A DNA stretch of 64,000 nt from an uncultured Acidobacteriota bacterium. GTDB lineage: Bacteria > Acidobacteriota > UBA6911. Numbering within the stretch: the first letter of the stretch is position 1; each line of letters begins with the position of its first letter. Made by a program: the position numbers and the translations under genes. Below the pieces are notes generated by a model. It saw nothing but the letters and a program-made list of their open reading frames with translations, had not been told where the DNA came from and did no database searches. The DNA lies in contig CAWJKZ010000011.1 in NCBI GenBank assembly GCA_963843575.1, positions 1 through 64,000 of the forward strand, in the 5' to 3' direction. Positions 42,505 to 51,733 of this stretch are shown here, piece after piece.

Positions 42505-45500
42505 ATGCGTTATGACAGGAACAAGCGCGCCCTTCTCTTCGTCTGCCTGCTGTGTTGCTTCGCCGCCCTGCTCTGGAGCCAGTCGGCCGGGACCAACTCT
42601 AGTTTCTATTTCCCGCGGATAGCCGCCTCGCCGGCCGCCGACGCCGGGATTGCGCTGTTCAACCCGACTTCGACGGATGCCTCCGTGTCGCTGGCTCTGT
42701 CCGCTGCGGATGGACAGGCCATTGGCGCACCGGTCACCGTCGCGGTGCCGCCGATCGGGCAGGTCGCGAGAACCGCGGGCCAGATTTTCGGGACCGCTGC
42801 AATCGCCGACGCCGCGCTTCAGATCAGCAGCTCGACGACAGGGTTGGTCGCCTACTACCAGACGTTCGATGCGCGCGGCACGTTCATGGACGGCACGACC
42901 GCGTCCGAGACCGCCCTGGACCTGATATTTCCCGTGATGCCGCAGTCTGCCGCCGACGGAACGCGGATCGAGCTGGTGAACAGGCAGAGCAGGAACACGA
43001 TCGCCCAGCTTAGCCTCTGGAAGACCGATGGCACGCTCCTCGGGGAGACGTCGGTTCAATTGCTGAAATCGACGAGACGAAGCGAGACTCTGAAAGGCCT
43101 GTTCCCGTCGGTGGACTTTTCATCCGCCTCTCACCTCACGGCGACTTCCCGGTCCGGAAGCATCTTTCTCGAGCCCCAGCCCATTACGGCAACCAGCATT
43201 CTCGCAGGACTGTCTCGATCAGCCGGCTCGGCTGATGTGGTGGCGCTCAACGCGCTCCCGCTGACCCAGACGTTCAATGCCGGGGCGATTCCCTATTTCC
43301 GGGTGGGCATGCGATACTTCTCCACCCTTTCGATCGCCAATGTCGAGTCGGCTGCCGTCGACGTCACCGTGACGGCCATTGGCAACGACGGCTCCTCTTT
43401 GGCGACCCGGAAGGTATCGGTCCCGGGGCACGGCGGGATCCGGCAGGCGCTGGAGAGCTTCCTCAGTCCGCTCGCCGGCGATGCATCCGGATGGCTGCTC
43501 GTCCAGGCTTCGGGCAGAATCACCGCGAACCTCCTCTACGGACGCCACGACGGCGGGGCGGTCTCCGCCGTCCCGATGCAGAAGACGCCCCAGTATCAGT
43601 TCGTGTTTCCGCAGGCAGTGCAGGGTTCGGGCTACTCGACCGAAATCAGCCTTGCCAACCCTGGTCCGTATACGGCTCCTGTGGATCTTCACGTAATTGG
43701 CGGCGATGGGACAACGTTGGCCGGAGCCCAGATCGTTCTGACGCCTGGCAAGAGAATCTCGCAAAATCTGGACCAGTACATGCCGGAGCTGGCGGGGACG
43801 ACCATCCAAGGATTCGTGTCGGTGCGGTCAATCGAGCCGCTCTTCGGCACCGCGTCCATCTGGTCCGATTCCGGGACCGTCCTGTCGAACTTCACACCGC
43901 AGCCGGTACCCGCTTCCTATGTGCCGGCGCCGCTCAAGATCTTCGCGGTAACCGGCGTCGTGACCCTGAACGGACGACCGGCAAACGATTTTCCCGTGGT
44001 GCTGTCGGGGCCAGAAGGCAGGGTGGTTCGGACCGCCGCGGACGGGAGCTACGTCATCGCAGGCCTGCCAGCCGGCCGGTACTCCATGACCGTCGACCAG
44101 TATGGGTTCCAGTTCGTTCCCGCCCAGGTCAATTTCGAGCTCAGCACCGGCAGCCGGCGCCAGAACTTCGAGGGTTTCACCGCCGCCAACGGCCTCGTGG
44201 TCAAGCCCGCCGCAATTCCGGCCGGCAGCCCCGATGTGACGGTGGCGGTTTACGGCAACGGCTTCAACTCGACGTCCGCTGCCTACGTCGGGGTGGCGCG
44301 ACTTGAAACCAGACTAGTCGACGCCACGCAGTTGAGCGCGGTCATTCCCGCCTATCTCGTGGAGACTGCGAAGAAATTCGAGCTCTACGTCGTAACGGAC
44401 GGCACCCGCGTGAGCGATCCGTTCCCAATGGTCGCATTCATCGACAAGCCCGATTTGGGCAGCGTGCTGACCTCACGTGAGATCGTCGAAGGTAGCCCCG
44501 AGGCAACCCTCACACTACAAGGATCGGGCTTCCTCGCCGACGCCGTCGTCAGGATCAACGGCCGCAGCGACGGGATCAGGATATCTTCGCTGAAGAGCGA
44601 CGAAATCGTCGCGGTAGTGCCGGCCGGATATTTCGAAACCGGGGGCATCTTCCCGGTGACGGTGGCGAACCCGTACCCGGCCAACGTCGAGTCGAACATC
44701 CAGCTGCTCACGGTCTATTTCCCGAGACCAGCGATCGAGTCGATCTCCCCCGCGGTGGTCCCGGAAAGGCTCGAAGACAGCGCCGGGCCGCTGAGCCTTG
44801 ACGTGCACGGCTACGGTTTCAGGCGCGGGGCCGTCGTCCTGGTTGACGACAAGCGGGTGGCGACGTACTCGTGCGAGGCGACGCGTTCCTGCTTCGCGGA
44901 TCACCTCGTCGCGACTATCGACGCAAGCCTGCTGCGCGCGTCCGGTTTCAAGAAGATCTCGGTGCTCAACCCGGATCCCTCCATTGCGCCGTCCCAGATC
45001 GCCATGCTTCGGGTCGAAAGCCTGCAGCCCACGATCACTTCGGTGTCGCCGGGGAGCGCCACCGTGCTCGGGCTGCCTCCTACCGTGATCGAGGAAGATG
45101 GGGAGGTCATCAAAATCTGGTACACGCTACCGGTCGTGATTTTCGGAACGAATTTCGACCCGAAAGCCGAGGTCCGCGCGGTTCGAGTCACCCCGCCGTC
45201 AGCCGAGGTGTCGGATTTTCAGAGTGCGCAGGTGATCAGCAGCACCCAGCTGGTCCTCCAGTTCAAGGTCACTTACCCCGACTCGGTCGGTCAATGGCAG
45301 GTACAGGTGAAAAACCCCCAACCCGGCGGAGGAATATCGGAACCGGCGTATTTCCTGATCACCGAAGGGTCGTTCGTCGCCAACCCGTTCCTCATTTCCG
45401 TGGTGCCCGACGCTGTTTCGGCGGGAGGCCCGGGGTTCACCCTGACGGTGAACGGTACGAATTTCCAATCGGGATCCCAGATCAACTGGTTCTCGACGCC

Positions 45501-45645
45501 GCTGGCGACGACGTTCGTCAGCGCGAATCAGCTCAGGGCGGAAGTGGCCGCCCCGCTTATCAAGACGCCCGGCAAGCGCCCGGTGACCGTGATTAACCCC
45601 GACAATGGAGGGACATCGAACGCTCTGTTTGTTCGAGTCGAATAG
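42505..45645 (+). CDS. Large secreted beta-sandwich protein with IPT/TIG-like repeats and a carboxypeptidase-regulatory-like domain
   Basis: Signal peptide; repeated FP...LxN units; TAADGSY..GLPAGRY; several P.I.S.SP...G.NF...V.NP repeats. Confidence 0.75.
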   Translation: MRYDRNKRALLFVCLLCCFAALLWSQSAGTNSSFYFPRIAASPAADAGIALFNPTSTDASVSLALSAADGQAIGAPVTVAVPPIGQVARTAGQIFGTAAIADAALQISSSTTGLVAYYQTFDARGTFMDGTTASETALDLIFPVMPQSAADGTRIELVNRQSRNTIAQLSLWKTDGTLLGETSVQLLKSTRRSETLKGLFPSVDFSSASHLTATSRSGSIFLEPQPITATSILAGLSRSAGSADVVALNALPLTQTFNAGAIPYFRVGMRYFSTLSIANVESAAVDVTVTAIGNDGSSLATRKVSVPGHGGIRQALESFLSPLAGDASGWLLVQASGRITANLLYGRHDGGAVSAVPMQKTPQYQFVFPQAVQGSGYSTEISLANPGPYTAPVDLHVIGGDGTTLAGAQIVLTPGKRISQNLDQYMPELAGTTIQGFVSVRSIEPLFGTASIWSDSGTVLSNFTPQPVPASYVPAPLKIFAVTGVVTLNGRPANDFPVVLSGPEGRVVRTAADGSYVIAGLPAGRYSMTVDQYGFQFVPAQVNFELSTGSRRQNFEGFTAANGLVVKPAAIPAGSPDVTVAVYGNGFNSTSAAYVGVARLETRLVDATQLSAVIPAYLVETAKKFELYVVTDGTRVSDPFPMVAFIDKPDLGSVLTSREIVEGSPEATLTLQGSGFLADAVVRINGRSDGIRISSLKSDEIVAVVPAGYFETGGIFPVTVANPYPANVESNIQLLTVYFPRPAIESISPAVVPERLEDSAGPLSLDVHGYGFRRGAVVLVDDKRVATYSCEATRSCFADHLVATIDASLLRASGFKKISVLNPDPSIAPSQIAMLRVESLQPTITSVSPGSATVLGLPPTVIEEDGEVIKIWYTLPVVIFGTNFDPKAEVRAVRVTPPSAEVSDFQSAQVISSTQLVLQFKVTYPDSVGQWQVQVKNPQPGGGISEPAYFLITEGSFVANPFLISVVPDAVSAGGPGFTLTVNGTNFQSGSQINWFSTPLATTFVSANQLRAEVAAPLIKTPGKRPVTVINPDNGGTSNALFVRVE

Positions 45646-45754
45646 GGCGCTATCGGAACCTCGGCGCGGCCGAGGCCGCAGCCAAATCGAAGAAAGAGTG
45701 CCGGCCGCATTACAGATTGCGCCGCGTGAGGGTGCCGGGACTCCTGCGGTGAAG

Positions 45755-45805
45755 GGCGGCGCCGAGGCGCCGCCAGGGAAAGCGGCGTCGAGCCGCCGCA
45801 CTCCA
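45755..45805. repeat. REP-like palindrome, family A
   Basis: AAAGCGGCGTCGAGCCGCCGCACTCCA preceded by a GC hairpin; identical core at 55655-55681. Confidence 0.75.
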
Positions 45806-45842
45806 GAGTTTTTGTGGCGGGAATAACAGAGGTAATCGCTGC

Positions 45843-46121
45843 ATGGACCCGATCGACCTATTGTTCATTTCAGTGGTCGCCCTGGTCGCTGGGACCGTGG
45901 GCCAACTGACCAGCAAGTATTCACGTGGGGGATGGCCGGTCAATCTCGGGGTCGCGTTCGCCGGCGCGGTGCTCGGCGTCTACGTTTCGCGAACTTACAG
46001 GTTCAACGAGATCTACACCATCACATATCGAAAAGTCGAATTCCCGGTCATCTGGGCGCTGGTCGGCGCCGTCCTGTTTGTAGCAGGGGTAAGCTTGTTG
46101 GTAAGGCCGGGCCGGCGTTGA
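45843..46121 (+). CDS. GlsB/YeaQ/YmgE-like small membrane protein
   Basis: 92 aa, three TMs; GG..VNLGVAFAGAVLG...IWALVGAVLFV. Confidence 0.65.
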   Translation: MDPIDLLFISVVALVAGTVGQLTSKYSRGGWPVNLGVAFAGAVLGVYVSRTYRFNEIYTITYRKVEFPVIWALVGAVLFVAGVSLLVRPGRR

Positions 46122-46168
46122 AGGCGACGAGCCGAAATCCCACTAAGATTGCAGTGTGAGGTTGTGCC

Positions 46169-47452
46169 GTGACAGAGGAACCCATAGTCGAAAAACAGCC
46201 CGTCCGCATGTTTGACCCGGACACGGAGTCTCCGGTCATGCCGGAGACAGTAAGCGAAACAGGTCTCGGCTTCAGCTTTCTCGCCGATCTGGCCCTGAAG
46301 GCCGTCTATTCCGATACCAACTGCACGTCGGACCGGGTAGCCGAGAAGCTCAAGCTTCCGATGGGCATCGCCGAGACCCTGCTCCAGCACCTCTACCGGG
46401 AGAAGTACATCGACATACGGGAGCGGTCGACGCTTCAAATCAACCGCTACGCAATGCTGGACCGCGGTTGGGAACGCGCGCGGCAGCTTCTGTCGCTGTC
46501 GGGCTACATCGGGCCGGCCCCCGTGTCCCTGGACGCGTACACCGCTGCGGTCCGCTGGATGGAGGACAAGAGGAAGCTGGCCAACCACGAGGTTGTAGTC
46601 CAGGCTCTCTCTGACCTCGTGCTTCCTGAAAGGACGGTCGACACCCTGGGATTGATCGTCGATTCACGGCGCAGCCTTTTTCTCACGGGCCCTGCCGGAT
46701 CGGGGAAGACCTCGGTGGCTATGGCGCTGCACAACGCGCAGGAGGGGGAGGTCTGGGTCCCCTACGCCATCGAGGTGGACGGCCAGATAATCCGGGTTTT
46801 CGACCTGCACAATCACGAGCCCGTCGCCCAACCGACGCATCGATACGATAGACGCTGGATGAGAATCAAACGCCCGCTAGTCGTTGTCGGGGGCGAGTTA
46901 ACCATCGAGTCGATGGACCTGATCTACAGCGACACCGTGCGATTTTACGAGGCGCCCTTTCAGGTGAAGGCTAACGGCGGGGTGCTGATCATCGACGACT
47001 TCGGGCGGCAGCGGGTCGATCCCCACGATCTCCTCAACCGGTGGATCACCCCGCTGGAAAACCGCGTGGACTACCTCACGCTCCACACGGGCAAGAAGAT
47101 CGAAGTGCCTTTCGAGCAGTTGCTCGTGTTCGCGACCAACCTTAACCCAAGAGACCTGGTCGATGAAGCCTTCCTCCGCCGTATGGGATATCGCCTTACG
47201 TTCACGACGCCCGGTGTCGAGACCTACTCCATGATCCTCCAGCGGTACATCGCAAAAAAGGGGCTGAACTATTATCCCGAACTGCTCGATCTGCTCCTGG
47301 AGCGGTACAAGCGCGAGGACCGGGAGATGAAGTCGTGCGACCCACGCGACTTGGTCGAGCGCTGTCTCGACATCCTGCGCTACCAGAAACTCCCCCCCCT
47401 CCTCACCAACGACCTCATGGAGCGCGCCTGGTCCAACTATTTCGGTATATAG
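46169..47452 (+). CDS. AAA+ ATPase of unknown function
   Basis: GYIGPAPV, Walker A GPAGSGKTS, GGELT, IIDDFGRQ, LLNRWI.PLE, LVDEAFLRRMGY. Confidence 0.85.
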   Translation: MTEEPIVEKQPVRMFDPDTESPVMPETVSETGLGFSFLADLALKAVYSDTNCTSDRVAEKLKLPMGIAETLLQHLYREKYIDIRERSTLQINRYAMLDRGWERARQLLSLSGYIGPAPVSLDAYTAAVRWMEDKRKLANHEVVVQALSDLVLPERTVDTLGLIVDSRRSLFLTGPAGSGKTSVAMALHNAQEGEVWVPYAIEVDGQIIRVFDLHNHEPVAQPTHRYDRRWMRIKRPLVVVGGELTIESMDLIYSDTVRFYEAPFQVKANGGVLIIDDFGRQRVDPHDLLNRWITPLENRVDYLTLHTGKKIEVPFEQLLVFATNLNPRDLVDEAFLRRMGYRLTFTTPGVETYSMILQRYIAKKGLNYYPELLDLLLERYKREDREMKSCDPRDLVERCLDILRYQKLPPLLTNDLMERAWSNYFGI

Positions 47453-47542
47453 TATGGAGTGCGGCGCCTGGGCGCCGCTGTTCTCGTCTTGTGCGGTATG
47501 GGCAGCATGAGCCCAAGTGCGGCGCCTCGGCGCCGCACTCCA
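47453..47542. repeat. Inverted pair of family A REPs
   Basis: TATGGAGTGCGGCGCCTGGGCGCCGCT ... AGTGCGGCGCCTCGGCGCCGCACTCCA. Confidence 0.75.
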
Positions 47543-47564
47543 GATGGTGAAGCTACTCTCCGGT

Positions 47565-49317
47565 ATGCGGTTTGAAATGCCCGCAGGATTCAAGCACCCG
47601 CTCCCGCTCATTCTCCTCCTTATCGCGATCTTCATCCCACCTCTCTGTGCCCAACCCAGTCGCCCGCTCTACCGGATCGATGCCGCCATCGACTACGACC
47701 TCCTGACCCTGAAAGCCTCTGCCGAGATTACCGTTCCCGTCGGTTCGGGCGAGACGATCGGCGATGTTGTTTTCTTCCTCTATGCCAATTCAACCGGCAT
47801 CGTCGACGACGCGCGCAGGAAGTACCTCGCGGTCGACGGCGTGAAACTTGGCCCGGACGCACAATCCTTCAAGCTGCAGGGGGCAATCCTGCGGGTCCAA
47901 CTGACCGCGCCTCAGAACCATCCCTTTACCCTGAAAGTCGACTACCACGGGATTGTGCCGCGCTCCAGCGGCGCCGGCTCCGGGCAGATGCTCGGGGGAC
48001 TCGGAGGTCTGCTGGGCAGCGCGGCTGGCAAGTCTGTACCTGCCAATAACGATTTTGGGCTCTACTCCTACAGCGACGGGATTCTGAGCCTTGGATCCTT
48101 CTGGTACCCGCAGCTGGCGGTGCGACAGAACGGCAAGTGGGTTGATGAAGAACCTCGAGGGCTCGGCGATGTGACCTACGCCGAGGCGAGCGATTTCGAC
48201 GTCAGCCTGATAGTCCCGGCAGATGTCAAGGTCATCAGTTCGGGGACCCCATCGGGTACGAGTGGTCGGTACACTGCGTCGAATGTCCGCGATTTTGCCG
48301 TGCTCATGAGCGAAGATTACACCTGCAAGTCCAAAACAGCCGACGTCTCCGGCAGGAACATTACGGTCGAGTCATGTGCCACCCACAAGAACGCGGCGCG
48401 GCTCGAAACCACTCTCGACGTCGCCGGCCAGGCGTTACGGATCTACTCGAATCGTTTTGGCCCCTACCCGTACGAGCAGTTTCAAAGTTGTCGAAGGGAC
48501 GATCCGCGGCGGGGCGGGCGGTATGGAGTTCTCAGGAATGACGGCGGTCGCCCCCATGCTCTACGCCGACTGGAACTCGCAAATGCGCGAGATGTCCGGA
48601 CTGCTGGGGGGACTCGGTGGGCTGGACCAATTGCAGGGCGCGCTGAATCCGCCGCGGGCTACCGGGAATGACGCGAAACAACCGCCCTCGACAGCGACAA
48701 ACGGGCTGAACGAGATCCTCGGCGCATTCCTGGGCCAGCAAAACATGCTTCAGTCCGTGCTCGAGATGACCATAGCGCACGAAGTTGCCCACCAGTGGTG
48801 GGCGATCGCGGTGGGAAGCGACAGCATTCGGGAACCCTTCGTCGATGAAAGCCTGGCAAACTACTCGGCGGTGCTCTACTTCGAGGATCGCTACGGAAGG
48901 GAAGCCGCCGAGAAGATAATCAACATGCACCTGAAGACGCCGTACTCGATGGCGCGCATGCTGGGTCTGCCGGATGCGCCCGCGAATCTACCCACGTCTG
49001 CCTACATTAGCAGCCTTCAGTACAGTGCTGCCGTGTACGGGAAAGGTGCACTCTACTACGACGAATTGAGGCGGGCGGTCGGAGACGGGGTGTTCTTCGC
49101 CGCGTTGCGGCAGTATTACAGTAAGTACCACGGCGGTCTTGCGCATGCGCGCAGCCTTGGCGATCTTATCAGCGCGAAGGCGCCCAAGATGGGAGTCGAG
49201 GCTCTGTACCGGCATTGGATTGAGGAAACGCACGGGGATCAGGACATCGCCGGAGTGGGAATTATGGGAATACAGGAAGTGCTTCGGGAATTATTCGAGA
49301 GGTTGGGCAAACAATAA
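47565..49317 (+). CDS. M1-family (gluzincin) metallopeptidase, secreted; frameshift near 48481
   Basis: FGPYPY, GGMEF, IAHEVAHQWW...VDESLANYS, VYGKG; two ORFs join if one T is removed. Confidence 0.85.
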
Positions 49318-49374
49318 AGAACCTGCCACGGACGCAAGACTACTCTCGATCGCGCGCTTTTCCGAGCGGCCGGA

Positions 49375-50712
49375 ATGCACATGCACGGACTGAGTCTCCC
49401 CGAATTTGCATTCGTGACCGGAGTGAGTGCAGCATTCGGTATCACACTTTGGCACCTTTTGATAAGGCGGGCGGGCAAAGGAGGGTGCGCGGAGCGCTAC
49501 CTCGTGAAGTTCGCATTGATAGGCGGTCTGCTTCTGCGCGTCGCAATCGTTCTGCTCATGCCCCCCTTTCAAGCACCTGACGAGCGATCTCACTACAACT
49601 ACATTAAGTACGTAGCACAAACTCATTCGCTGCCTGTGCAGACGAGCATAACCGGAGCATCCACCCACGATTGGGAGAACTACCAGCCACCACTTTATTA
49701 TATACTCATGGCGATCGTCTATCGTATTGCAGAACATGCGACTTCCGGCGATCCTGACTTGCTGAGAGTATTACGGGTTGGCTCGATATTTCTCTGGCTG
49801 ATTAATCTGGTAATTGTATGCCAGTTTCTGAAGGTGCTAAACCTCAATGACGCCGGCACAAAGGTGAGCGCGATAGGGCTGGTGGCATTTTTGCCCACGT
49901 ACACCTTCAGTTCAGCTGCTGTCAACAACGATAACCTCCTTGTACCTCTGGCAAGCGGTGTTCTGTGTTTAGGGGCTCGGAAGCACCGCTCTGTCCGGGC
50001 CGATGCTGCAATCGGTTTGCTTCTCGGTTTGGCAATGTTGACGAAGCTGACTGCGGTGGTATGCGTTGCGTTTCTGACCGCAGTCTATCTGTATGATGCT
50101 GCGATGGGACGCGGATGGAGGCTTCAGGTGGGTCGCCTGGCACTCATCGTTGTGATTGCCGGTATATTGTACTTACCAATTGCTGTGCGTAACGAGCGGT
50201 TGTACGCAAGTTTAACTGGTATTGAGATGGCCAATATTAGATCTCAGTGGCCGTCGGGTGTTGCCGCGATCGTATCGACGCTTGTATACATGCAATCCAC
50301 ATTCTGGGCGGTGTCCGGGGAGGCGAATCAGGTCTGCGCATCTTTCCCCGTTGGATTGGTCATTCTGCTTCTTTCAGCAATTGGCATTTGGCGTGCTGTC
50401 GCAAACAGAAGCTCTTTGCTTTGGCGCCTCGGTGAAGAGCAGGGTTCTGCGTTGGCGGGGATGGTGGCGGGAGTATTGACAAACTTCGTATTGGTGCTGC
50501 GATTTGGCATCATGTACGGTCAAGGGCAGGGCCGATTTTTGTTTCCGATGCTCGGCCCGATCGCGGTGATGGTCGCGATCGCCATTCGCTCTATCTGGGA
50601 TCAGCATCCGGAGAAACTGAGCATTCTGAGCCTGGTTTTCGCATCAAGCTATGCCGTGATGTTCGCTGCGTATAGCCTAACGACCTTTGCTCACGGTACG
50701 CTCGTCCCGTAG
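49375..50712 (+). CDS. GT-C-type membrane protein (DUF2142/ArnT-like)
   Basis: PPFQAPDERSHYNY, ENYQPPLYY, VNNDNL, LTK and QGRFLFP motifs; visibly more AT-rich than its neighbours. Confidence 0.78.
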   Translation: MHMHGLSLPEFAFVTGVSAAFGITLWHLLIRRAGKGGCAERYLVKFALIGGLLLRVAIVLLMPPFQAPDERSHYNYIKYVAQTHSLPVQTSITGASTHDWENYQPPLYYILMAIVYRIAEHATSGDPDLLRVLRVGSIFLWLINLVIVCQFLKVLNLNDAGTKVSAIGLVAFLPTYTFSSAAVNNDNLLVPLASGVLCLGARKHRSVRADAAIGLLLGLAMLTKLTAVVCVAFLTAVYLYDAAMGRGWRLQVGRLALIVVIAGILYLPIAVRNERLYASLTGIEMANIRSQWPSGVAAIVSTLVYMQSTFWAVSGEANQVCASFPVGLVILLLSAIGIWRAVANRSSLLWRLGEEQGSALAGMVAGVLTNFVLVLRFGIMYGQGQGRFLFPMLGPIAVMVAIAIRSIWDQHPEKLSILSLVFASSYAVMFAAYSLTTFAHGTLVP

Positions 50713-50981
50713 GCTGGATGGGAGGGCGCACTGCCTCGGTGGCGATTGACACTGCCCGGGCCAAGGTCGGGCGCATCTCCATTAACCTCCAAGGCTTCGA
50801 GAAGTCGCTGAATCTCGTGCAGGAGATCCTGCGGACCCCGTCTCCAGGTTTGTGAGCCGCTCGGTGGGGTCGCCGCAGCGCAGCGTCGAGCGGCTCAATG
50901 GCACAGTGTTGCGTGATAACCTCTTGAGAGGGCCAGAGGGCTACGAGCTACTGCTTCCGCAGACCGCAGCCGGGAACGGGC

Positions 50982-51290
50982 TCAAAGGTCGGACGTATTA
51001 TTTTTCTGGACGCTGCGGATTTTGTCCTCCATGGTTTGGGGGCGGTCGGTGCGGGTGCCAAAGCGCAAGGTCGAGCTGATGCGCGGCACCCCCATCGCGT
51101 GCAGGATCTCGTGGCAGCGCTTGATGGCGGCCATGACGTCGTCCCATTCGCCCTCGATGTTGGTGCCGTAGGCGTGCAGCTGCGTCTTCAGGCCCGCGGC
51201 CGACAGGACTTTCTCGCACTCGGCGATGTATCTGCCGAGGCTGACGCCGACGCCCAGCGGGACTACGCACAGATCGGCGATTACTTTCAT
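50982..51290 (-). CDS. MTH1187/YkoF-like thiamine-binding protein
   Basis: ADLCVVPLG.G.SL..YI, LHAYGTNIEGEWD, RTDRPQTMEDK..SV. Confidence 0.9.
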   Translation of the reverse strand: MKVIADLCVVPLGVGVSLGRYIAECEKVLSAAGLKTQLHAYGTNIEGEWDDVMAAIKRCHEILHAMGVPRISSTLRFGTRTDRPQTMEDKIRSVQKNNTSDL

Positions 51291-51329
51291 CGAATTCCCC
51301 TCGTCATGGTTTGTCCTGTACGACCGCTT

Positions 51330-51512
51330 TGTTGCCGATCATCAATGGTGTCGACGACGAGGTCAGGATGCAGTTGGTAACCGTGACGTTTGCGACCGGC
51401 TTCGCGGCGGCACCCCGGCGCGCGATTGTCTTGAGGACGATCGAGTCGTCTCCCGTGACGATGATGCAATCGGAAATCACCACGTTGCTCGAGGAGACCA
51501 CGTCGATGCCCG
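51330..51512 (-). pseudogene. Internal fragment of a GH28 polygalacturonase-like gene
   Basis: GIDVVSSSNVVISDCIIVTGDDSIVLKT...NVTVTNCIL is the GH28 catalytic region; both ends are missing. Confidence 0.7.
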
Positions 51513-51626
51513 ATCATGTGGGCCGACATATGCACCATCTTCTACCGGGAGTGAACCGTTTATCAAGCTGCAAGAAGGAACGCCTATAATGGCAGCTGCA
51601 ATGGGTGTTTCCTACAGGTAGTCCCC

Positions 51627-51716
51627 CAAGTGGGTCCGGGCTTCAGCCCGGACGTCGTTTGGGGTTGCTATACGGTGCATTTAAAAGGCGTCCGGGCTGA
51701 AGCCCGGACCCACTTG
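51627..51716. repeat. Inverted REP pair (REPIN/BIME-like), family B
   Basis: CAAGTGGGTCCGGGCTTCAGCCCGGACG and its reverse complement, separated by a spacer. Confidence 0.85.
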
Positions 51717-51733
51717 AGGGTGGAGATTTGGGG

